DNA of 59,387 nucleotides, the filler included, from Candidatus Woesearchaeota archaeon CG1_02_57_44 (GTDB taxonomy: Archaea > Nanobdellota > Nanobdellia > Woesearchaeales > CG1-02-57-44): the NCBI GenBank assembly GCA_001871415.1. It is 6 parts of 6 records of this genome, joined end to end, with 100 filler letters (N's around TTAATTAATTAA, not from the genome) between each part and the next. Parts side by side here need not be neighbours in the genome. Positions count along the whole stretch, not along the records: positions 1 to 26,512 come from MNWW01000048.1; 5 more parts are not named here. One strand, written 5' to 3'. Under the pieces are notes generated by a model. The model was not told the origin of the DNA and made no database searches. It saw nothing but the letters and a program-made list of their open reading frames with translations. Position 1 is the first letter of the stretch. Every line of letters begins with the position of its first letter. The translations under genes were made by a program, and so were the position numbers. Of the stretch, positions 7,488-16,344 are shown one piece after another.

Positions 7488-10133
7488 ATGGCCAAGGAAC
7501 TCAATCTCAAGGTTGCTGAGGCAATCCAGGACGATGTCAACAAGGGTATTGTCCGCATCGACAACTCGCTGATGGCGCAGGTCGGTGTCCGCGAAGGCGA
7601 TCTCGTGGAGATTGAGGGCGGTCGGGTCAGCGCAGCAATAGTCGCGCGCGCGTATCCTGGAGATATCGGGTTCTCTCATATCCGCATGGATGGCATCATC
7701 CGCCGCAACGCAAAGACAGGCATCGGCGAGCTGGTGAAAGTGCGAAAGGCCATGGCCAAGCCTGCTAAGCGGGTTGTCATCGCGCCCGCTAGCAAGGGAG
7801 TGCATATCAAGGCGAGCCCGGAGATCTTCAGGCGCGGCCTGCTGGGCAAAGGCATCACCAAAGGCGACATCGTGTCCCTGGGCGGCCGCACGCGAAGACC
7901 CATGCAATCACCGTTCTTTGATAACACAGGAGCGCCTCAGAACCGCTACCTGGATGATATCTTCAGCATCCTGGACGAGAGCTCCGGGTTCGGCCTGGGC
8001 TATCCCGACATCAAGTTCCTTATCGTAGACACCTTCCCCAAGGGCATTGTCGTCGTGACTGACCAGACCAAGATAGAGTTCAATCCTGAGGCAGTGGAGA
8101 TAAAGGACGACAAGGTCCTTGAAGTGACCTATGAGGATATCGGTGGCCTGGAGCAGGAGATAACCAAGATACGCGAGATGGTCGAGCTGCCCATCAAGCA
8201 TCCTGAGCTCTTCGAGCGATTGGGCATCGATCCGCCCAAGGGCGTGCTGCTGCATGGCCCGCCAGGGACAGGCAAAACCTTGCTCGCAAAGGCAGTAGCG
8301 ACAGAGACCAACGCGAATTTCATCCTCATCAATGGCCCGGAGATAATGAGCAAGTACTATGGCCAGAGCGAGGAGAACCTGCGCAAGAAATTCGAGGAGG
8401 CGGAGCAGAACGCGCCCTCTATCATCTTCATCGATGAGATTGATGCCATCGCCAGCAAGCGCGAAGAGTCGCGCGGCGAAGTGGAGCGTCGCGTTGTCGC
8501 GCAATTGCTCGCTATCATGGATGGCCTGAAAGCAAGAGGCAAAGTGGTCGTCATCGCGGCGACCAATATTCCGAACCTGCTTGACCCGGCTTTGCGACGC
8601 CCTGGCCGCTTTGACCGCGAGCTGGAGATTAGCGTTCCCAACAAGGAAGGCCGGCTGCGCATCCTCAAGATACACACACGCAATATGCCGTTGGCGCCCC
8701 AGAACATCAGCACGGACGTTATAGCGAACATCCTGCGCCGCAATGTGCAGGAGGCCATCACCAAACTGCAGGACGACCAGAAAACCAACGGCGAATCCCA
8801 TGAGACCGAGCTGACCGTTCTTCGTAATCTGGAAAAGGACATCAAGGACAACAAAGGGACGCTGACCAAGGTGGCGAGGCAAGTGAAGAAGGTCGCAGAG
8901 AAGAGCATCCTGGAAGAGGACGATCTATCAAAGATCATCATGGAATCGCTCGAAGGCAATGAGAAAGAGATGGCGAAGGCCATGCTCGACGCTGAGCTCA
9001 TCACCCTGCGCACCATCGAGCAGACAAGGTATGAATCCAGCGCCAGAGAGCTTGAGGCAATGGCGGCAATAACCCATGGGTTCGTGGGGGCCGATCTTGC
9101 CGCGCTCGCGAAGGAGTCGGCCATGATCGTACTGCGCCGCCTGCTGCCGGAGATCCGGCTGGACGACGAGGAGCGCATCCCAAGGGAACTGCTCGAGAAG
9201 CTTCGCATCACGCAAAAGGACTTTCAGGAAGCGCTCAAGGTCGTTCGTCCCTCGGCGCTGCGCGAGGTGCTGGTCGAGAATCCGAATGTCGCATGGGAGG
9301 ATATTGGAGGCCTCGAGGAGGTCAAGCAGGAGCTCAAGGAGGCCGTGGAATGGCCGCTGCAGCATCCTGACGCGTTCAAACGCCTTGGTGTGAGGCCGCC
9401 CAAGGGCATATTGCTCTATGGCGCGCCAGGCAGCGGCAAGACCATGCTGGCAAAGGCTGTTGCGACAGAAGCGGAATCAAATTTCATCGTGGTCAAGGGA
9501 CCCGAGCTACTGAGTAAGTGGGTCGGTGAATCAGAGAAGGCCGTACGGGAGATATTCAAGAAGGCCAGGACGGTCAGCCCGAGCATCATCTTCTTCGACG
9601 AGATAGACAGCATAGCTCCACGTCGTGGCGCGAGCAGCGACAGCCATGTGACCGAGCGCGTTGTCAATCAACTACTGACTGAGATGGACGGTCTTGTCGG
9701 ATTGCATGACATTGTCATCATCGGCGCGACCAACAGACCCGACATGCTGGATACTGCCTTGCTACGGCCAGGCAGGTTTGACCGCATCATCCTGACACCT
9801 GCGCCTGACAAAGGTTCCCGCCTTGAGATTTTCAAGGTGCATACTAAAAGCATGCCTCTCGCCTCTGACGTCAAACTCGAGACGCTCGCCAAGGACACGG
9901 AAGGCTATGTCGGCGCTGACATCGAGTCAGTCTGTCGCGAAGCTGCGATGCTGGCGCTGCGCGAGAACATGAAGGCCAAGGAGATAAAGAAGAAGCATTT
10001 CACTGAAGCGCTCAAGCGTGTCAGGCCATCAGTCTCCAAGGAGGTCGAGGAGACCTACGCGCAGCTCAAGGAGCACTTCTCCTCAGCGCAGGCAGAGGAG
10101 ATGAAGGTCGAGAGACCCTCCTACATGGGATAG
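7488..10133 (+). CDS. cdc48: CDC48/VAT AAA+ ATPase with a helical insertion in D1
   Basis: N-domain, two Walker A motifs ([16 protein letters not shown]), two Walker B motifs ([16 protein letters not shown]), RPGRFDR twice, C-terminal YMG. Confidence 0.97.
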   Translation: MAKELNLKVAEAIQDDVNKGIVRIDNSLMAQVGVREGDLVEIEGGRVSAAIVARAYPGDIGFSHIRMDGIIRRNAKTGIGELVKVRKAMAKPAKRVVIAPASKGVHIKASPEIFRRGLLGKGITKGDIVSLGGRTRRPMQSPFFDNTGAPQNRYLDDIFSILDESSGFGLGYPDIKFLIVDTFPKGIVVVTDQTKIEFNPEAVEIKDDKVLEVTYEDIGGLEQEITKIREMVELPIKHPELFERLGIDPPKGVLLHGPPGTGKTLLAKAVATETNANFILINGPEIMSKYYGQSEENLRKKFEEAEQNAPSIIFIDEIDAIASKREESRGEVERRVVAQLLAIMDGLKARGKVVVIAATNIPNLLDPALRRPGRFDRELEISVPNKEGRLRILKIHTRNMPLAPQNISTDVIANILRRNVQEAITKLQDDQKTNGESHETELTVLRNLEKDIKDNKGTLTKVARQVKKVAEKSILEEDDLSKIIMESLEGNEKEMAKAMLDAELITLRTIEQTRYESSARELEAMAAITHGFVGADLAALAKESAMIVLRRLLPEIRLDDEERIPRELLEKLRITQKDFQEALKVVRPSALREVLVENPNVAWEDIGGLEEVKQELKEAVEWPLQHPDAFKRLGVRPPKGILLYGAPGSGKTMLAKAVATEAESNFIVVKGPELLSKWVGESEKAVREIFKKARTVSPSIIFFDEIDSIAPRRGASSDSHVTERVVNQLLTEMDGLVGLHDIVIIGATNRPDMLDTALLRPGRFDRIILTPAPDKGSRLEIFKVHTKSMPLASDVKLETLAKDTEGYVGADIESVCREAAMLALRENMKAKEIKKKHFTEALKRVRPSVSKEVEETYAQLKEHFSSAQAEEMKVERPSYMG

Positions 10134-10212
10134 GCGGACACGTCTGTGGAGCCGGCGCACGACGACGAAAAACGGCCTGAACGATTCGACCAAAGTGGAT
10201 CCAAGGATCACC

Positions 10213-11523
10213 ATGCAACCCCAAAAGCCCCAGCCGGGCGCGCGCGTGCGCGTGACAGCCAATGACGTTACCTATGAGGGCATCCTGCTCCCTTCTGCCG
10301 AGATGGGCACAGGCAACATCCTCCTGAAGCTGGATTCCGGCTATAACATCGGCATCGACAAGACCTCGACTATAGAGGTGCTCGCGCCGCCAAAAGAGCT
10401 CTCCTTTCCCATCGCGAAGCTGCAGCAAAAGAAAGGACTCCCAAGGATAGCGCTCATCGCGACCGGCGGCACCATCGGCAGCCGTGTGGACTATCGCACC
10501 GGCGGCGTGCACATGCTGCTCACCCCCGAGCAGCTGCTCTTCAATGTGCCGGAGCTGCAGGGCATCGTCAGCATCGAGACCATAGAACGCCCGTTCGCCA
10601 TTGCGAGCGAGGACATGTACTTCGAGGAGTGGCAGGAGATAGCACGGCAGGTCGTGGCGGCGCTGCAGTCAGGCCTCGACGGCGTCATCATCACCCACGG
10701 AACGGACACACTGCACTATACCGCGGCCGCATTGTCGTTCATGCTTCAGGGGCTCGACAAGCCCGTCGCGCTCGTGGGCGGCCAGCGCTCCTCGGACCGC
10801 GGCTCCTTCGACGGCGCCATGAACCTGGTCTGCGCAGCCCATTACATGTCATCAGGCATCGGCGAGGTCGCGCTGGTCATGCACGCAGGATCCGATGATG
10901 ACGCATGCCTCGCCATCCGTGGAACCACCGCGCGCAAGATGCACACGAGCAGGCGCGACGCATTCCGTCCCGTCAACCAGCTGCCGCTCGCGAAGATATG
11001 GCCTGATGGGAAGATAGAGCGCATCCATCCAGACCCGCGCCCGGCCAGCCAGGGAGCCAGCCATGGCAGGAGCAAGGTGATACTCAAGGACAGCTTCGCC
11101 AAGGTCGCGCTCGTCAAGCTCTTCCCCGGAGCCGATCCTGAGGTGCTCGATTTCCACCGCAAGCAGGGCTGCAAGGGCATCGTGCTGGAAGGCACCGGCC
11201 TGGGACATGTCATCACGCAGCCGCAGGACGCGTCGCGCTCGTGGATTCCGGCGATCCAGCGCTGCGCAGAGGCGGGCGTCCTCATCGTCATCAGTAGCCA
11301 GTGCCTGTACGGCCGCATCAACCAGCAGGTCTACTCGAACCTGCGCATCCTGCATCAGGCAGGAGCCATCTCAGCCCAGAGCATGACGCCCGAGTGCGCG
11401 TATGTGAAATTGTCCTGGGCGCTGGGTCAGACAACCGACAAGGACAAGGCCGCAGGAGTATTCACCAGCGACATCGCAGGAGAGATTGCAGAGCGCACCT
11501 TGCATGAGACGTTCTTGTATTAG
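10213..11523 (+). CDS. gatD: Glutamyl-tRNA(Gln) amidotransferase subunit D
   Basis: LLKLDSGYNIG, TGGTIGSRVDYRTG, HGTDT, QRSSDRGS and RKMHTSRRDAF. Confidence 0.97.
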   Translation: MQPQKPQPGARVRVTANDVTYEGILLPSAEMGTGNILLKLDSGYNIGIDKTSTIEVLAPPKELSFPIAKLQQKKGLPRIALIATGGTIGSRVDYRTGGVHMLLTPEQLLFNVPELQGIVSIETIERPFAIASEDMYFEEWQEIARQVVAALQSGLDGVIITHGTDTLHYTAAALSFMLQGLDKPVALVGGQRSSDRGSFDGAMNLVCAAHYMSSGIGEVALVMHAGSDDDACLAIRGTTARKMHTSRRDAFRPVNQLPLAKIWPDGKIERIHPDPRPASQGASHGRSKVILKDSFAKVALVKLFPGADPEVLDFHRKQGCKGIVLEGTGLGHVITQPQDASRSWIPAIQRCAEAGVLIVISSQCLYGRINQQVYSNLRILHQAGAISAQSMTPECAYVKLSWALGQTTDKDKAAGVFTSDIAGEIAERTLHETFLY

Positions 11524-11572
11524 TATCTTGTTTTAGTGATTACGTAGTATCTTGTATTAGTAATGAGTATCG
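11511..11572. repeat. Imperfect short AT-rich tandem repeat (TAGTATCTTGTWTTAGT)
   Basis: Three to four degenerate units directly after the gatD stop codon. Confidence 0.65.
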
Positions 11573-11631
11573 TGTTCCAGCAGGTGAAGGCAGCGAGCAT
11601 ATGCAGGGACAGGCACAGGAGGAATACTACA

Positions 11632-11750
11632 TGGACCCGGGAGGATTTGAACCCCCGATCTGCAGCTTAGAAGGCTGCCGCCTTATGCGCCCCGCGGAGC
11701 GTCGGGCATATGCCGCATCGCCCTGCGCGCCCAGGCTAGGCTACGGGTCC
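11632..11750 (-). tRNA. tRNA-Arg(TCT) with a 44-nt non-canonical intron in the D-loop (intron 11687-11730)
   Basis: Acceptor GGACCCG/CGGGTCC, anticodon arm GCAGC-CTTCTAA-GCTGC, T-loop TTCAAAT. Removing 11687-11730 restores D-loop AGCCTGGATA, and the junctions form a BHB motif. Confidence 0.92.
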
Positions 11751-11875
11751 TTGATGTGATAGGCCATGATGTGACAGGCGCATGGATACAAATCCCCACG
11801 CCCTTTTAAAGATAGCGGGCAAGATACAGGATGAGGCAGCAACCTTTTTAAACCCAAACCCCCAGGAAAAGCACC

Positions 11876-12463
11876 ATGGACAGCAAAGCGGACACCGACC
11901 TCATGGCGGTGCCTGACGCGCCAATCGAATTTGACACCATGGTGGGCATCCCCATGTGGCCCATGCGCATCAAGTACTTCGGTCTCTTTGATTGGGAAGG
12001 GCTCTACAAGATGGTCTACAACTGGTACCAGCAGAAGGGCTACTTCTACAACGAGACCAATTACTCCTATAAGGTCCCCACGCCCATGGGCGCGGAGATG
12101 AAGCTCAAATGCGAAGGATGGCGTAAGACCAACGATTACATGCGGGAGTGGATCTACGTCTACTATCACTTCTTCGAGATGCGCGAGGTCGAGGTCATCA
12201 AGGACGGAAAGAAGCAGAAGCTCACCAAGGCGCGCTTCTATATCGAACTCACAGGCATGGTGGAGATGGACTACCATGGCAGGTGGAAGCAGACCCTGAT
12301 GGGCGCGTATCTCAAGGAGTTCTACCACAAGTTCATCATCAAGAAGCATATGGAGCTGATGTGGTGGGACCGGCTCTACTATCGTATCTATAAGCTGCAT
12401 GGCGAGATAAAGCAGTTCCTCGACATGCAGGGCAAGGAGAACGCGTATTATGATGTGTGGTAG
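11876..12463 (+). CDS. Hypothetical protein, paralog 1 of a tandem triplet
   Basis: Shares Y-x-G-x-(F/V)-D, KG(Y/F), DY and F-L/F-(D/N)-(M/L) landmarks with the next two ORFs. TATA box at about 11845-11852. Confidence 0.85.
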   Translation: MDSKADTDLMAVPDAPIEFDTMVGIPMWPMRIKYFGLFDWEGLYKMVYNWYQQKGYFYNETNYSYKVPTPMGAEMKLKCEGWRKTNDYMREWIYVYYHFFEMREVEVIKDGKKQKLTKARFYIELTGMVEMDYHGRWKQTLMGAYLKEFYHKFIIKKHMELMWWDRLYYRIYKLHGEIKQFLDMQGKENAYYDVW

Positions 12464-12465
12464 CA

Positions 12466-12972
12466 ATGTCATTCCGTGAGATAGTCATCGAGAAGCAGCG
12501 CATCGAGTACGAGGGGCTCTTTGACGCGCATGAGCTGCATCACATCATCGACTACTACTTCCGTGAGAAGGGCTACGATAAGCGCGAGACGCGCAACATG
12601 GAGAACACGACACCCGAGGGCAAGTATGTCGAGATCGAGATAACGCCATGGAAGAAGACCACGGATTATCACCGCAACATCATCAAGATGAAGATCTACA
12701 TGAGCAAGATGCGCGACGTCGAGGTGGAGAAGGACAACACCAAGATCAAGCTCCAGAATGGCAGGGTGCAGTTCGTCATCGACGCGTTCCTGGAGTATGA
12801 CTACGATGATCGCTGGGAGAACAAGCCCATCCATCAGTTCATCCGGACGCTCTTTGACAAGTATTTTTACAAGCCCTACACAGACAAGTACAAGGGCGTG
12901 CTCCTCGAAGATACACGTCTCATCGTCGACATGATTAAGCGCTACTTCAATCTCTTTGAGATCTACGCCTGA
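12466..12972 (+). CDS. Hypothetical protein, paralog 2 of a tandem triplet
   Basis: YEGLFD, KGYDKRE, KKTTDY, DVEVEKD, DYDDRWE. Starts 2 nt after the paralog 1 stop. Confidence 0.88.
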   Translation: MSFREIVIEKQRIEYEGLFDAHELHHIIDYYFREKGYDKRETRNMENTTPEGKYVEIEITPWKKTTDYHRNIIKMKIYMSKMRDVEVEKDNTKIKLQNGRVQFVIDAFLEYDYDDRWENKPIHQFIRTLFDKYFYKPYTDKYKGVLLEDTRLIVDMIKRYFNLFEIYA

Positions 12973-13041
12973 TAGAAAATCTGACAAGCACGATATCATT
13001 CACCCCCTCGCGCTTCAGCAACGCTCACCCGTGGTCGAAAA

Positions 13042-13551
13042 ATGGCAGAAAAGGAAATCATCGCGGACAACCTGCAGATACTCTATGAGGGACCTGTCGA
13101 CCCTCCAGGATTCATCAATTTTGTGACGGACTTCGCCCAGAAGAACGGTTTCTCCAAGACCGACGCGAAGATGGCCGAGCGTGTGACCGAGGACGGTCGC
13201 AACATGGAGCTCAAGTATGTGCTCAACAAGCGCATGAACGACTATCTGGTCAAGCAGATCTATGTCATCGCGAAGTTCACGAATCTCAAGAAGCTGGGCA
13301 AGAGTCCTAAGATCCTCATGCAGGGAAAAGTGAAGATCATTCTCGACGGATGGATTGTGACGGACCTTGAGCACCGCTATGAGATGAAGCCGAGCGTCTC
13401 GTTCGTGCGCGCCGTGCTCGAGAAGTTCGTGACTGGCCATCATCTGGACAAGTATCGCTCAGATGTCGCCGCGGATACCAACCGACTGCACGCGCAACTC
13501 AAGGCATTCCTCAACCTGCATCGCTATGAGCCAAGAGAGTTATTGCCATAG
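13042..13551 (+). CDS. Hypothetical protein, paralog 3 of a tandem triplet
   Basis: YEGPVD, KRMNDY, GKVKIILDG, FVRAVLEKF and LKAFLNL align with paralogs 1 and 2. Confidence 0.85.
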   Translation: MAEKEIIADNLQILYEGPVDPPGFINFVTDFAQKNGFSKTDAKMAERVTEDGRNMELKYVLNKRMNDYLVKQIYVIAKFTNLKKLGKSPKILMQGKVKIILDGWIVTDLEHRYEMKPSVSFVRAVLEKFVTGHHLDKYRSDVAADTNRLHAQLKAFLNLHRYEPRELLP

Positions 13552-13690
13552 GACAGCTGCCGCACTCGAGTCCCAATGGATAAGTTCTGCGTTTACTGCC
13601 GATTCAGCTGCGCCACCACACGACAAGGATAAGACATCACACTTCAGCCATGATGCAGCAGGACGATTAAAAAAAATCACCGCTCGCAGC

Positions 13691-13717
13691 TATCCGCGTC
13701 CTAAAGGACGGGGTATG
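13691..13717. repeat. Isolated REP-like hairpin matching the core of the 137-bp element
   Basis: CGTCC-TAAA-GGACG-GGGTAT compared with CGTCC-TGAA-GGATG-GGGTAT in the element. Lies between convergent genes. Confidence 0.65.
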
Positions 13718-13815
13718 CATCCATCGCAGGAAATCAGCAACAGGAGAAGGAAATCATCGAATCGCAGAAAAAATCCTCGTCGAGGAAAAAGAGAAAAAAG
13801 TAAGAAGTGAGAAAC

Positions 13816-14043
13816 TCACTTCTTTTTCTTGGCCGGTTTCTTCGCCGCCTTCTTCACAGCTTTCTTGGCCACTTTCTTCTTGGCGGGTTTCTTCGCCGCC
13901 TTCTTGGCAACCTTCTTCACTGCCTTCTTCTTGACTGCCTTCTTGGCTACGGCTTTCTTCTTGACTGCCTTCTTGGCTACGGCTTTCTTCTTGACTGCCT
14001 TCTTGGCTACGGCTTTCTTCTTGACTGTCTTCTTTGCTGGCAT
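13816..14043 (-). CDS. Lys/Ala-rich histone H1-like (HC2-like) basic protein
   Basis: MPAKKTVKKKAVAKKAV.. repeats. GAGGTG Shine-Dalgarno and TTTAAATA TATA box upstream. Confidence 0.85.
   Translation of the reverse strand: MPAKKTVKKKAVAKKAVKKKAVAKKAVKKKAVAKKAVKKKAVKKVAKKAAKKPAKKKVAKKAVKKAAKKPAKKKK
13921..14030. repeat. 30-bp tandem repeat encoding KKAVKKKAVA
   Basis: About 3.7 near-identical units of GGCTTTCTTCTTGACTGCCTTCTTGGCTAC. Confidence 0.9.
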
Positions 14044-14188
14044 GGTAACACCTCAAGGCATTTTTGCCACATGTAATATTTAAATGCTTCGCTTTTTTTG
14101 AAGATAAATTCCCGCGATACAATGCCTCTGCGATGCCTCAGCACACATTACACGTATCTGCTACAAACAGTACGGATTTGTCGACGAA

Positions 14189-14261
14189 AGCCTCCGGAGG
14201 GAGTCGCACCCTCGACCTGCGGATTACAAGTCCGCCGCAATAGCTACTATGCTACGGAGGC
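14189..14261 (-). tRNA. tRNA-Thr(TGT)
   Basis: Acceptor GCCTCCG/CGGAGGC and anticodon arm GCGGA-CTTGTAA-TCCGC. Atypical D-loop AGTAGCT and T-loop TGCGACT. TATA box about 30 nt upstream. Confidence 0.92.
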
Positions 14262-14369
14262 ATGTTGCGAAAAAAAACACTTGTGCACCTATAAATCTTT
14301 GCCTGCTCGGGAAAGATATCGCAATGGGCGCTGGAAACATTTATTAGGAGACCATCCATCGCTGACGCC

Positions 14370-14822
14370 ATGACTGATTTCCCAAAAGCATACACAGCAC
14401 TGGCCGAGCAGTATGGCCTTCCGTCGACAGAAGAACTCAATGAGTTTGACCTGAGCGAGCCGAGCGACCCTTTGCTTCGTTTTGTACGCCACCGTATGCA
14501 GGACCGGTTCGCCAGCGTACTGGAAGTGCTCGAGGGGATTCTTTCGCCAGAGCAGTGCGTCACGCAGATGCATGAACAGCAGTTCCTCAATGAGACTGAA
14601 CGCAAACAAGCGTGGGAATGCTATCGCCTGCTCATGTACTTGGATAGAGAACATGCGCGTCTCGAACTCGTGGCCAGTGTACAGGCTGATGCAACATTCA
14701 TCACGACCGCCTTCGCGCGATGGCAGGAAACCAAGCCAGAGTTGCTCGCGCTCTTCACACGCATGAGAGATTCCTGGCATGAAGAGACCAACGACGAGAT
14801 AGATGTCGGATATCTTGGATGA
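14370..14822 (+). CDS. Hypothetical protein
   Basis: Clean helical ORF with TTTATTA promoter upstream and C-terminal GYLG. Confidence 0.75.
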   Translation: MTDFPKAYTALAEQYGLPSTEELNEFDLSEPSDPLLRFVRHRMQDRFASVLEVLEGILSPEQCVTQMHEQQFLNETERKQAWECYRLLMYLDREHARLELVASVQADATFITTAFARWQETKPELLALFTRMRDSWHEETNDEIDVGYLG

Positions 14823-14978
14823 TGATTATCGCACGCAGGTAAAGGATCTTTGCTCTTGCAGCCCCTACTGCCCCCCACGTCGCAGCAGGCCTGTCGCGAC
14901 GAAGCACACATCGACAGAAGAGAAGAAGAGAGAAGATAAGGACAGAAAAAAAGAGAATACAGCAGCAGTATGCCGTAT

Positions 14979-16025
14979 TTACTTGGTGAGCATCGCTTTC
15001 TGCACAACCGTTGTGGTCTGCTTGCCCGCATAGATACCAAGAGTCTTGTTGGTGAGCGCCATGCTTTCCTGTGCGCTCATGCTGCCCATGACCGCGCGTA
15101 TGGCGTCGATATTCTCAGGGACCACATCAGACTCCTGATGCACTGCCTGATGGAAGAACAGTTCATCACCGACCACATTGATACCTTCCTCCCAGATGGC
15201 CACCTCCATAAGATCACCGCGTTTGGCACCGGAGTCGCGGGCCATATCCATTATCTCCGCGGTGCTGACCAACCCTTCTGAGCCCTTGACCAGCAAGAGC
15301 CGCTGGGTTCCTCCAAGGTATGCTATGGCCTCCTCACGCGTCGGGATGTTGCGCAGCCGTAGATTGATGGTATGCAGGTGCATGACCGTGGTCGGTACGA
15401 TCACCGCCGAGGTCATGATGGGAATGTGGGGCAGGATGGTCTGCAAGTCAGGCCCATGGTGGCTGGGCAGACGCAGCTCAGGAACGATTGCATTGATAGG
15501 TCCCTTATGGCTGTCCCAGGGATCCGCCGCCCTTCGTATCAGCGTGACATGCGCGCTGGCAACGCCCCATCGCGCGTCAATGGCGCCGATGGTCCTGGCG
15601 AGGCCCGTGGTGTTGCAGCTGACCACGCGGACATGATCCAGGCCGACGCATTGCTCATAATTGCACTGCGCCGTGAAGCTCGCCTGGCCGACGGGGGCTT
15701 TCTCACCGCCCTGATAGATGACCTTGACGCCAGCGGGCAGGTAATATTGCTCCTTGTTCTTCAGGCCCTGGGGTTTTGGGCTGCAGTCGACTATCACATC
15801 ACAGGCCGCGAGCAAGTCCTTGAACGTACCCGCGATGGGAACAGGAAACGAAGCAGCAGAAGACAGGGCGAAAAGCCGGATGCCTGCTCGCGCGGCGCTG
15901 CTCATGCGGTAGTTGTAGGAATTGATGGTGACACCGACGAGCTCCATGTCCGGCTGGAGCAGCACCGCGTCAGCCACGCGCTTGCCAATGGTACCGTATC
16001 CGACAACGCCTACCTTGATGACCAT
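14979..16025 (-). CDS. gap: Archaeal (type II) glyceraldehyde-3-phosphate dehydrogenase
   Basis: GYGTIGKRVADAV, VRVVSCNTTGL, PSHHGPD and QAVHQESDVVPENIDAIRA. Confidence 0.97.
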   Translation of the reverse strand: MVIKVGVVGYGTIGKRVADAVLLQPDMELVGVTINSYNYRMSSAARAGIRLFALSSAASFPVPIAGTFKDLLAACDVIVDCSPKPQGLKNKEQYYLPAGVKVIYQGGEKAPVGQASFTAQCNYEQCVGLDHVRVVSCNTTGLARTIGAIDARWGVASAHVTLIRRAADPWDSHKGPINAIVPELRLPSHHGPDLQTILPHIPIMTSAVIVPTTVMHLHTINLRLRNIPTREEAIAYLGGTQRLLLVKGSEGLVSTAEIMDMARDSGAKRGDLMEVAIWEEGINVVGDELFFHQAVHQESDVVPENIDAIRAVMGSMSAQESMALTNKTLGIYAGKQTTTVVQKAMLTK

Positions 16026-16344
16026 GGAATTCACACTCCATGCATCCCGGATAATGCAGTCCCCGGGTGCATGGATTCTGCAGTCTACCCCCACTTTATA
16101 AGAATTACCCTTACTAAATATATGCGTCCCTATTTCAATAGGGATATATATTAAAACCAACATTTATATATGATACTAGACACCATACCACATACTACGG
16201 GGAATCAACGAAGAACACTATACCATCGATATCAATGACAGGCGATATCGCGGTCCGAGGACCAAGCAATGTCGCCAACAGATAGGGGGATACGCGCTGC
16301 GTGCCATCTGCGAGCAGCAGGGGAATAATGGGGGTGAACCACGC

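Noticed and set aside
8694..9050. Intein in CDC48
   Set aside because: No N-terminal Cys/Ser block, no His-Asn C-terminus and no LAGLIDADG motifs.
13807..14122. Alternative repetitive ORFs (FFAAFF, LLDCLLG, SQEESR frames)
   Set aside because: Shadow frames of the Lys/Ala-rich gene, which has the Shine-Dalgarno and TATA signals.
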